DNA from: Chitinilyticum litopenaei DSM 21440
GTDB taxonomy: Bacteria; Pseudomonadota; Gammaproteobacteria; Burkholderiales; Chitinibacteraceae
Direction: 5' to 3'
Length of the DNA stretch: 32,000 nucleotides
Assembly: GCF_000428145.1 (NCBI RefSeq)
Contig: NZ_ATZJ01000007.1
Span: 24,859 to 56,858 of the forward strand
Part shown: piece after piece, positions 1-7,942 of the stretch
How positions within the stretch are numbered: position 1 is the stretch's first letter
How the letters are laid out: each line of letters starts with the position of its first letter
The notes under the pieces: generated by a model
The model's input: the letters and a program-made list of their open reading frames with translations, nothing else
Database searches by the model: none
Told to the model about the DNA's origin: nothing
Position numbers and translations under genes: made by a program

Positions 1-69
1 CTGGGCGCCGATGGCCATGATCAGGCTGGCGCACAGGCCCAGCCCCTGGAAGTAGACACTGGCAGACAT
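1..69 (-). CDS. argO: LysE/ArgO-family basic amino-acid exporter, first 23 codons only (gene runs off the left edge)
   Basis: The minus-strand ATG at 69-67 reads MSASVYFQGLGLCASLIMAIGAQ in frame to position 1. This resembles the ArgO/LysE N-terminus (YFQGL...G.Q). It is divergent from an ArgP-type LysR gene, which is the canonical pairing. It is absent from the ORF track because it is truncated. Confidence 0.55.
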   Translation of the reverse strand, partial: MSASVYFQGLGLCASLIMAIGAQ

Positions 70-393
70 GCAGGCAATCCGGGTGAAGTGACAATGCCGC
101 CAGCTTGCCGCAATCCGCATTTCAGCCAAAGAATGGTTAAAATTATTTCGACAAGTTAAAAATTTTTTAATATGCACCCTGCCTGGCAAGGCGTTTCAGC
201 ACCTGACCAGCGTCAATGAAAGCGCCGTGCTGACCCGCGTGCCGCCCCGCCATGCTTGCCGGAGGCTTTGTCGCCAATGCTCGAAAATGCGCGCATTTCC
301 CTGCGCTTGGTTTCGCGCCCCGGCAAGTTGGCGGGGCGGCGTCAAAACCAATCAAACCTCAACAGAATCTGATAATCCGAGCAAGGAATCGCC

Positions 394-1308
394 ATGCAAC
401 TCGATCACCGGCAAACCGAAGCCTTTCTGGCGGTCATCGACAGCGGCAGTTTCGATGCCGCCGCCAGCCGCCTGCACCTGACGGCGGCAGCCGTGTCGCA
501 GCGGGTGAGGGCGCTGGAAACCGGACTGGGAGCCACCCTGCTGGTGCGCGCGCGCCCCTGTCACGCCACGGCCGCCGGACAGAAACTGCTGCAATACCTG
601 CGCCGCGCCCGCTTGCTGGAAGAAGACTTCCACGCCGAATTCAGCGGTGGCGAACAGGCCGCGCTGAGCATCGCCCTGGCGGTGAATGCCGACACACTGG
701 GCACCTGGCTGCTGCCGGCACTCGCCCCCTTTCTGATTGCCGAGCGCGTACTCATCGACGTCACTGTCGACGATCAGGACCATACCTATGCCCTGCTGGC
801 CGCCGGGCAGGCGCTGGCCTGCGTCAGCACGGAGCGCCAGGCCATGCGCGGCTGCGTGGCCGAACCGCTGGGCATCATGCGCTACCGCATGCTGGCGGCG
901 CCGGAATACGCCCGCCGCTGCTTTCCCCACGGTTTTCGCCGCGAGGAAGCGCGTACGGCGCCAGTGATGGTCTTCAACCGCAAGGACGCCCTGCAGGCGG
1001 ATTTTCTGCAGCGCCACTTCGGCCTGCCGCCCGGCAGCTACCCCTGTCACCATGTGCCGGCCACCGAACCCTTTCTGGCCGCCATCGCCCTGGGACTGGG
1101 CTATGGCATGGTTCCCGAATTGCAGGCCGGCCCGGAACTGGCCGCCGGCCGCGTGGTGGATCTGGCGCCGGACTGGCCGGTCGACGTCGCGCTGTACTGG
1201 CACCGCTGGAAAGTGCAGTCGCCGCGCCTTGAGCGCCTGTCGCGCCTGGCGGTGGCCAGTGCCCGCAGTGTGCTGCTGCCGGAGGCGGGGCAGGGCGGCG
1301 CGGCCTGA
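394..1308 (+). CDS. argP: LysR-family transcriptional regulator, ArgP/IciA type
   Basis: 304-aa ORF. The ATG is preceded by AAGGA. The N-terminal wHTH reads FDAAASRLHLTAAAVSQRVRALETGLGATLLVR, followed by QKLLQYLRRARLLEED, which resembles E. coli ArgP. It is divergent from the LysE/ArgO fragment. Confidence 0.8.
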   Translation: MQLDHRQTEAFLAVIDSGSFDAAASRLHLTAAAVSQRVRALETGLGATLLVRARPCHATAAGQKLLQYLRRARLLEEDFHAEFSGGEQAALSIALAVNADTLGTWLLPALAPFLIAERVLIDVTVDDQDHTYALLAAGQALACVSTERQAMRGCVAEPLGIMRYRMLAAPEYARRCFPHGFRREEARTAPVMVFNRKDALQADFLQRHFGLPPGSYPCHHVPATEPFLAAIALGLGYGMVPELQAGPELAAGRVVDLAPDWPVDVALYWHRWKVQSPRLERLSRLAVASARSVLLPEAGQGGAA

Positions 1309-1400
1309 GCGCCGCACTGCCGGCGGTGCAACAGCCAGGACACAGCAAGGGGCGGCTTCCTGTTAAAATGCCGCGTCATTCCCTCTGCCCGCCGCCACGC

Positions 1401-1973
1401 ATGCCACTCAATCTGCCCATCCTGCTTACCTGGCTGCGCGTCGCGCTGATTCCGATCTTTGTCGGCATTTTCTATCTGCCACACGACTTGCTGCCGCTGC
1501 ACTCGCAAAACATGCTGGGCACGCTGGTGTTTGCGCTGGCCGCCGTCACCGACTGGTTCGACGGCTTTCTGGCGCGGCGCTGGAACCAGACTTCCAGCTT
1601 TGGCGCCTTCCTCGACCCGGTGGCCGACAAGCTGATGGTGGGCGCAGCGCTGATCCTGCTGGTCGAGCTGGCGCGTGCGCCGGCCTGGCTGGCCGTCATC
1701 ATCATCGGCCGCGAGATCACCATTTCCGCGCTGCGCGAATGGATGGCGCAGATCGGCAAGTCCAAGAGCGTGGCGGTTGCCACCATCGGCAAGTTCAAGA
1801 CCACCGCGCAGATGATTGCCATCCTCTTTCTGCTGTGGTGGGATGCGCTGCTGCCGGGCATCCCCACCCGCTGGATCGGCCTGGCCGCGCTCTATATCGC
1901 CGGCGTGCTGACGATTGTCTCGATGTTCTACTACCTGCGCGTGGCCGCCGAACAGTTCCGCGAACACGGCTAA
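1401..1973 (+). CDS. pgsA: CDP-diacylglycerol--glycerol-3-phosphate 3-phosphatidyltransferase
   Basis: Carries the CDP-alcohol phosphatidyltransferase motif DWFDGFLARRWNQTSSFGAFLDPVADK and is multi-TM. I prefer the internal ATG at 1401 (MPLNLPILLTWLRV, 190 aa) over the ORF-track start at 1326. Confidence 0.9.
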   Translation: MPLNLPILLTWLRVALIPIFVGIFYLPHDLLPLHSQNMLGTLVFALAAVTDWFDGFLARRWNQTSSFGAFLDPVADKLMVGAALILLVELARAPAWLAVIIIGREITISALREWMAQIGKSKSVAVATIGKFKTTAQMIAILFLLWWDALLPGIPTRWIGLAALYIAGVLTIVSMFYYLRVAAEQFREHG

Positions 1974-2129
1974 GGCGCACACCCCGGCAAGTATGCGCCC
2001 ACAACCCATCAGGCAAATAGCCCGCCAATACATACCCTGCGATTGTTCCAGCCCGCGCCGGGCAACAGGCAGGCGGATCGCCGGTCCCTGCCTGCGCGGC
2101 ACTGCGGATAATCCGCTGAGCACCGCGAC

Positions 2130-3296
2130 ATGAGCCACACCACGCCACCGCGCGCTGCCTTGCTGGCCATTGCCGGCTTCTATTTCTGCTACTTCGCCTT
2201 CAATGGCCTGTTTTCGCCGTACTGGGGCCTGTATCTGGCCGCGCTGGCCTTTCCCGCCTGGCAGATCGGCATTCTCACCTCGCTGACACAGATCAACCGC
2301 ATCTACGCCCCCACGATCTGGGGCTGGCTGGCCGACCGCAGCGGACGCCAGTCGCTGATTCTGCGCATCGCCGGTGTCGCCGCGCTGCTGGGCTTCACGG
2401 TGCTGCTGTTCAGCCGCGACTTCTGGCCGCTGTTCATCGGCGTGCTGCTGGCCAGCTTCTTCTGGAGCGCGGCTCTGCCGCTGGTCGAGGCCACGGCAAT
2501 GAACCTGCTGCGCGGCGATGGCGGCGCCTATGCCCGGCTGCGCATCTGGGGCTCGATCGGTTTTGTGGTCGCCTCGGTCGTGGCGGGCTACCTGATCGAA
2601 GTGCTGGGGGTGGCCATGCTGCCCTGGGCCGTGATCAGCGTGATGAGCGGGCTGGCGGTGTACAGTTTTCTGGTGCCGCAGGGCGATGCCGGCGCCAGCG
2701 CGCGGGGGGAGGAAGCGGGCTTTGCCGACATCCTGCGCCGCAGCGAGGTGCAGGCCCTGCTGGCCACCTGTTTTCTGATGGCGCTGGCGCACGGCCCCTA
2801 TTACAGCTTTTTCTCGATTTACGTCGCCGACCACGGCTGGAGCAAGAGCGCCATCGGCTGGCTGTGGACGCTGGGCGTGCTGGCCGAAATTGCCGTGTTC
2901 TGGCTGATGCCGCAACTGACCCGGCGCTTTGCACTGAAAAGCCTGCTGATCTTCGGCCTGCTGGTGGCGGCCTTGCGCTTTGTGCTGATTGCCTGGGGAG
3001 TCAGCCACCCGGCCTTGCTGCTACTGGCCCAGCTGGGCCACGGCTTTACCTTCGGCTGCCACCATGCGGTCAGCATGGCCTATATCCACAAGCATTTTCA
3101 GGGCAGGCACCAGGCCAAGGGCCAGGCGCTCAATATTGCCTTTTCATTTGGTCTTGGCGGCAGCGCCGGCGGCATGCTGGCCGGCTGGGTCTGGCCGGAC
3201 TGGGGCGGGGAGTGGGTGTTTGCCGCAGCGGCCCTCACCGCCGGCCTGGGCGCACTGATCGCCTGGCTGGGCATGGGGCGGCGGGAGGCTCGCTGA
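2130..3296 (+). CDS. MFS transporter (MFS_1_like / HcaT-like family), substrate unknown
   Basis: 388-aa ORF that is hydrophobic throughout, with about 12 predicted helices. The N-terminus FYFCYFAFNGLFSPYWGLYL is typical of the MFS_1_like family. Confidence 0.75.
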   Translation: MSHTTPPRAALLAIAGFYFCYFAFNGLFSPYWGLYLAALAFPAWQIGILTSLTQINRIYAPTIWGWLADRSGRQSLILRIAGVAALLGFTVLLFSRDFWPLFIGVLLASFFWSAALPLVEATAMNLLRGDGGAYARLRIWGSIGFVVASVVAGYLIEVLGVAMLPWAVISVMSGLAVYSFLVPQGDAGASARGEEAGFADILRRSEVQALLATCFLMALAHGPYYSFFSIYVADHGWSKSAIGWLWTLGVLAEIAVFWLMPQLTRRFALKSLLIFGLLVAALRFVLIAWGVSHPALLLLAQLGHGFTFGCHHAVSMAYIHKHFQGRHQAKGQALNIAFSFGLGGSAGGMLAGWVWPDWGGEWVFAAAALTAGLGALIAWLGMGRREAR

Positions 3297-3345
3297 GTCT
3301 GTCCGGTCGATGCCTGCCGGGGTGACCTGGCCGGCGCGCGTTCCC

Positions 3346-4242
3346 TCAGATCGGAATCCCGATGGCCTCGATGACGCGCAGGTTCAGCTGCTGGCCGATG
3401 TCGCGGCTCAGCTCGCCCAGCAGCTCTTCGTCGACCTGTACCGGAAAGTAGTCCAGTTTTTTGCCGGTGGCGCTCATGTGCCAGTCACCGTCGCGGCCGA
3501 TCACCCGCAGTTCGGCGTGGCAGGCCGGGCACCAGGCGCGGTCGCCCGAGCGCGAGCGGCGTGTCACGCTGACGGTCGGGCCACAGGTCGGGCAGTTCTG
3601 CAAGGGAATGCCGGGTTCGCTGTGGCCGACGATATGGTGCAGGCGGCCGCTGCGCCCCAGCGCAATCAAGCGCTCGCCCCAGTCCGCGTCGAACTGCGTC
3701 CCCAGGTTTTCGCGAATCTGCTGCAGAGCCCTGTCGATGGGCATGCCCTTGCGGTAGGGACGGTTGGAGGTCATCGCGTCAAAGGCGTCGGCCAGGGCGA
3801 CGATGCGCGCATCCAGCGGAATGGCCTCGTCAACCAGGCGATAAGGATAGCCGCGCCCGTCCGGGCGCTCGTGGTGCATGGCGATGCTGCTGCGGATCAG
3901 CGGCGCCAGCGGGTGCTGGACGATCATTTTCTCGCCCACCGACGGGTGGCTTTGCATGATGGCGTATTCCCCGTCGCTCAGCGGCCCGGTCTTGTTGAGA
4001 ATGGCGTCGGGGACGGCAACCTTGCCAAAATCGTGCAGAAAGCCGCCCAGCGCCAGGCGCGCGACATCATGGCCGTCCAGCCCGGCATCTTCGGCGAGCA
4101 GTCGGGAAAACTGCGCGACGCGCCAGAGATGACCGCCGGTGTAGGCATCGCGAGCTTCGACGAGCAGGGCAACGGTGTGCAGGCTTTTCAGCAGGTGAGC
4201 GAGCAGGGCGGACATGGGCATTTCCGGTAGCGGATCATGCAC
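3346..4242 (-). CDS. HD-GYP domain c-di-GMP phosphodiesterase with a C-terminal four-Cys (zinc-ribbon-like) extension
   Basis: Motifs are HDFGKVAVP, HHERPDGRGYPY and ADAFDAMTSNRPYR. The C-terminus carries CPTC...17 aa...CPAC. The ORF-track start at 4242 is GTG; in-frame ATGs at 4221 and 4215 are alternatives. Confidence 0.85.
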   Translation of the reverse strand: MHDPLPEMPMSALLAHLLKSLHTVALLVEARDAYTGGHLWRVAQFSRLLAEDAGLDGHDVARLALGGFLHDFGKVAVPDAILNKTGPLSDGEYAIMQSHPSVGEKMIVQHPLAPLIRSSIAMHHERPDGRGYPYRLVDEAIPLDARIVALADAFDAMTSNRPYRKGMPIDRALQQIRENLGTQFDADWGERLIALGRSGRLHHIVGHSEPGIPLQNCPTCGPTVSVTRRSRSGDRAWCPACHAELRVIGRDGDWHMSATGKKLDYFPVQVDEELLGELSRDIGQQLNLRVIEAIGIPI

Positions 4243-4336
4243 TTACCTTAGCAGGCTGGCGGCCGGCTGCCCGTGCTGCAAGGCCCCTGGCCGGCGCACC
4301 CTTGTCACCGAGGTGATGCAGAGTAACACCATCACA

Positions 4337-4385
4337 GGGTATTGCCCCGCAGCCCTTTGCAGCAATTGGCTACAGGGCAATACCC
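4337..4385. repeat. REP-like palindromic intergenic repeat, copy A
   Basis: Sequence gggtattgcccCGCAGCCCTTTGCAGCAATTGGCTACAgggcaataccc. The 11-bp termini are exact reverse complements. It matches copy B (26928-26975) at 41/49 positions. It lies 4 bp downstream of the mfd stop codon. Confidence 0.7.
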
Positions 4386-4389
4386 ATGA

Positions 4390-7300
4390 TTATTTCTGCT
4401 GCAACTCCGTCAGCAGCTCCTTGACGCGTACCGTGCGCAGCGGAGGCTCCGGCCAGTTGCCGTCGATGCGCAGACGGTCGGGCGGCAGCATCTTGTAATG
4501 CTTCTTGCTTTGCACCAGCTGGATGATGCGGAAGGGCTCGATGACGGTGTTCTGCGCAAAGGTCAGCACAATGGCCGTATCGGCCGCGTCGATCTTCTGG
4601 ATGCCCAGCGGTTTGGCCAGCATTCTGAGTTTGTGGCAATCGAGCAGCACGCGCGCGGCGTCGGGCAAGAGGCCGAAGCGGTCGATCAGTTCCTGCGTCA
4701 GTTCATCCAGTTCATCGGCCGTTTCGCAGTTGGCGAGCCGCTTGTAGAGGCTCAGGCGCTCGTGCACGTCCGGGCAGTAATCATCGGGCAAGAGCGCCGG
4801 CGCGTGCAGATTGATCTCGGTTGTCACGCCCAGCGGTTGCGACAGATCGGGCTCCTTGCCGGCTTTCAGCGCCTTCACAGCTTCCTTGAGCATCTGCGAG
4901 TAGAGCGCAAAGCCGATTTCCTGCATCTCGCCCGACTGCGAATCGCCGAGCACCTCGCCGGCGCCGCGGATTTCCAGATCATGCATGGCCAGATAGAAAC
5001 CGGAACCGAGGTCTTCCATCTGCTGGATCGCTTCCAGGCGCTTTTTTGCATCGCCCGACAGGCCTTCCACATCGGGAACCAGCAGGTAGGCATAGGCCTG
5101 GTGGTGGCTGCGCCCGACGCGACCGCGCATCTGGTGCAATTGCGCGAGGCCGAACTTGTCGGCGCGGTTCATGACGATGGTATTGGCGTTGGGAATGTCG
5201 ATGCCGGTTTCGATGATGGTCGTGCACAGCAGCACATTGAAGCGCTGCGCCGAGAAATCGCGCATCACATGCTCAAGCTCTCTTTCCCGCATCTGGCCAT
5301 GGGCAATGCCGATGCGCGCCTCGGGCAAGAGCGCGGCGAGTTTTTCGCGCATATTGTCGATGGTGTCGACCTCGTTATGCAGGAAGAACACCTGGCCGCC
5401 ACGCTTCAGTTCACGCAGGCAAGCCTCGCGGATGATGCCGTCCGAGAACTTGGCGACAAAGGTTTTGACTGAGAGGCGTTTCGAGGGCGCGGTGGCGATC
5501 ACCGAGAAATCGCGGATGCCTTCCAGGCTCATCGCCAGCGTACGCGGAATCGGCGTCGCGGTGAGCGTGAGCACGTCGACATTCGCGCGCAGCGCCTTCA
5601 ATTGTTCCTTCTGGCGCACGCCAAAGCGGTGCTCCTCGTCGATGATGACCAGGCCCAGATTCTTGAATACCACGTCCGGCTGCACCAGCTTGTGCGTGCC
5701 GATGACGATGTCGACCGTGCCTTCCGCCAGCCCCTTGATCGCGGCGGCGGTTTCCTTGCCCGAGCGGAAGCGGCTGAGCTCGGATATCTTGATCGGCCAA
5801 TCGGCAAAGCGGTCGCTGAAGGTCTGGAAATGCTGCTCGGCCAGCAGGGTGGTCGGCACCAGCACGGCGACCTGCTTGCCGCCGGCCACCGCGGCAAAGG
5901 CCGCACGCAGCGCGACCTCGGTTTTGCCAAAGCCCACGTCGCCGCAGACGAGTCGATCCATCGGTTTGCCAATGCGCATGTCGACCAGCACCGCTTCGAT
6001 GGCGGCGGCCTGGTCGGCCGTTTCCTCGAAGCCGAACCCCGCGGCAAACGCTTCGTAATCGCGGTGCGTCCAATCGAAGGCATGGCCTTCGCGCGCGGCG
6101 CGGCGGGCGTAGAGATTCAGCAATTCGGCCGCCGTGTCGCGCACCTGCTCGGCGGCGCGGCGCTTGGCCTTGTCCCAGGAGCCACTGCCCAGCTTGTGCA
6201 TCGGCGCGGCATCGCCGGCGGCGCCGGAATAGCGGCTGATGACGTGCAGCTGGCTGACGGGCACATAGAGCTTGTCGCCACCGGAGTATTCCAGCAGCAA
6301 CAGCTCGGTCGGTCCGTCGCCCAAATCCATGCTGATCAGACCCTGATAGCGGCCGATGCCGTGCGCCTCGTGCACGACCGCGTCGCCGACCTTCAGCTCG
6401 GTCAGGTCGCGCAGCATCGCATCGGTATTGCTGCGTTTCTGCTGGCGACGGTTGCGGCCGTTGGCGGCGCTGGCGTAGAGATTGGCCTCGGTGACAAAGG
6501 CCACGCGATCGGCGCTGCGGATAAACCCCTGCACCAGCGGGCTGGCGACCAGCAGCACCGGGTCGCGCAGTGTTGCCACCTGTTGCCAGGTTTCCGCCAG
6601 CACGACCTTGATGCCATATTCGGCCAAGTATTGCGCCATGGTTTCGCGCCGCCCCAGGCTCTCGGCGCAGATCACCGCGCGGCCTGGGTGGCTGGCGAGG
6701 AAGTTCTGCAACTTGGCCAGCGGATTCTCCGCGCGACGGTCGACGTCAAGCGGCGGCAGGCTCTGGTAGGCGGGCTCGGTCGTCGCGTCGGAAATGCTGC
6801 CAATCTCGATGCGTCGCCAGGCCTTGGCGGCACCGGCAAAGGCATCGGGCATCAGAAAAAGTTCGCGCGGCGCCAGCACCGGCCGCTCGGGGTCGGCCAC
6901 CGACAGCTTGTGGCGCTCCTGCACGTCCAGCCAGAACTGTGCGGCAGCGTCGTGGATGGCGCCATGCATGACCAGCAGCGCCTGCGCCGGCAGATAGTCA
7001 AAGAGCGTCGCCGCGCCGTCGAAAAACAGCGGCAGGTAGTATTCGATGCCGGCGGGAATCAGCCCGTTGCTGACATCCTTGTAGAGCCGGCTCTTGCTCG
7101 GATCACCCTCGAACACCTCGCGGAAACGCTGGCGGAACTTGCTGCGGCCCGCGTCGTCGGTGGGGAACTCGCGCGCGGGCAGCAGGCGGATTTCCGGCAC
7201 CGGATACAGGCTGCGCTGCGTATCGACGTCAAAGGTGCGGATCGATTCAATCTCGTCGTCAAAGAGGTCGAGGCGGAACGGCAGCGTCGAGCCCATGGGA

Positions 7301-7803
7301 AAGAGGTCGATCAGGCCGCCGCGGATCGAAAACTCGCCCTGGCCATAAACCTGCGTGACATGGCTATAGCCGGAAAACACCAGGTCGCCGCGCAGCTTTT
7401 CCGGATCGAGCTTCTGGCCCTTCTGGATAAAGAAGCTATGCCCCGTGATGTATTCGACGGGAGCCAAGAGCCCCATTGCCGTCTGGACGGATACCAGCAG
7501 GATATCGACCTGACCATTGCGCAGCTGCCACAGCGCGGCAAGACGCTCGGACACCAGCTCCTGATGCGGGCTGAAATGGTCGTAGGGCAGGGTTTCCCAG
7601 TCCGGCAGCAGGGCGACCGCCTGCCCGGGCAAAAGCCAGGCCAGCTCGTCCTTCAGGCGCAGCGCATCCTGGGCCTGGGCGCAAAAGACGATCAGCGGGC
7701 TGGCCTGGGCGGCCAGCGCGGCCAGTTCAAGGGCATCGGCCGAACCGGGCGGCTGCGCCACGCGCAGTCGTTCGCCGGGCTTGGGCAGGGCGGGCAGGGT
7801 CAT
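4390..7803 (-). CDS. mfd: Transcription-repair coupling factor
   Basis: 1137 aa counted from the ATG at 7803 (MTLPALPKPGERL). Superfamily-2 helicase motifs are GDVGFGKTEVALRAAF, IIDEEHRFGV, LTLTATPIPRTL and RGRVGRS. It has a UvrB-homology N-terminus and a TRCF C-terminal domain. The ORF-track start at 7944 adds 47 implausible residues. Confidence 0.95.
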   Translation of the reverse strand: MTLPALPKPGERLRVAQPPGSADALELAALAAQASPLIVFCAQAQDALRLKDELAWLLPGQAVALLPDWETLPYDHFSPHQELVSERLAALWQLRNGQVDILLVSVQTAMGLLAPVEYITGHSFFIQKGQKLDPEKLRGDLVFSGYSHVTQVYGQGEFSIRGGLIDLFPMGSTLPFRLDLFDDEIESIRTFDVDTQRSLYPVPEIRLLPAREFPTDDAGRSKFRQRFREVFEGDPSKSRLYKDVSNGLIPAGIEYYLPLFFDGAATLFDYLPAQALLVMHGAIHDAAAQFWLDVQERHKLSVADPERPVLAPRELFLMPDAFAGAAKAWRRIEIGSISDATTEPAYQSLPPLDVDRRAENPLAKLQNFLASHPGRAVICAESLGRRETMAQYLAEYGIKVVLAETWQQVATLRDPVLLVASPLVQGFIRSADRVAFVTEANLYASAANGRNRRQQKRSNTDAMLRDLTELKVGDAVVHEAHGIGRYQGLISMDLGDGPTELLLLEYSGGDKLYVPVSQLHVISRYSGAAGDAAPMHKLGSGSWDKAKRRAAEQVRDTAAELLNLYARRAAREGHAFDWTHRDYEAFAAGFGFEETADQAAAIEAVLVDMRIGKPMDRLVCGDVGFGKTEVALRAAFAAVAGGKQVAVLVPTTLLAEQHFQTFSDRFADWPIKISELSRFRSGKETAAAIKGLAEGTVDIVIGTHKLVQPDVVFKNLGLVIIDEEHRFGVRQKEQLKALRANVDVLTLTATPIPRTLAMSLEGIRDFSVIATAPSKRLSVKTFVAKFSDGIIREACLRELKRGGQVFFLHNEVDTIDNMREKLAALLPEARIGIAHGQMRERELEHVMRDFSAQRFNVLLCTTIIETGIDIPNANTIVMNRADKFGLAQLHQMRGRVGRSHHQAYAYLLVPDVEGLSGDAKKRLEAIQQMEDLGSGFYLAMHDLEIRGAGEVLGDSQSGEMQEIGFALYSQMLKEAVKALKAGKEPDLSQPLGVTTEINLHAPALLPDDYCPDVHERLSLYKRLANCETADELDELTQELIDRFGLLPDAARVLLDCHKLRMLAKPLGIQKIDAADTAIVLTFAQNTVIEPFRIIQLVQSKKHYKMLPPDRLRIDGNWPEPPLRTVRVKELLTELQQK

Positions 7804-7942
7804 GTGTAGTGCCGGTGATGCAAAAAAGGGAGCAATTATAGCCCAGCGCCCGCCACCGCTCGGAAGCAATTGATTTTTTGGGGCGTTTGCCGAATCATTG
7901 CCCTTGCCCGTTGCCGACGGGCGGGGGGAGAGAAAAACGATC

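Noticed and set aside
167-481. 62-aa and 84-aa ORFs in the argO-argP intergenic region.
   Set aside because: They overlap each other on opposite strands and have no RBS. They are Arg/Ala/Pro-rich, and one runs into the argP start. They are likely non-coding.
1974-2129. Looked for tRNA genes downstream of pgsA, where enterobacteria have a tRNA cluster, and at the prophage ends.
   Set aside because: I found no T-arm (GGTTCGAATCC-like) or cloverleaf-compatible sequence. The prophage ends are dif-like sites, not tRNA 3' ends.
1101-3008. 635-aa minus-strand ORF spanning argP, pgsA and the MFS gene.
   Set aside because: It crosses three well-supported plus-strand genes and two intergenic regions. 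Its Gln/Arg/Ala/Gly-rich composition marks it as an artefact of high GC.
5602-7809. 735-aa plus-strand ORF, plus 4498-5472 and 5156-6058, overlapping mfd.
   Set aside because: They are antisense or shadow frames of mfd. They are Arg/Ala/Gly-rich low-complexity sequence with no recognisable domains.
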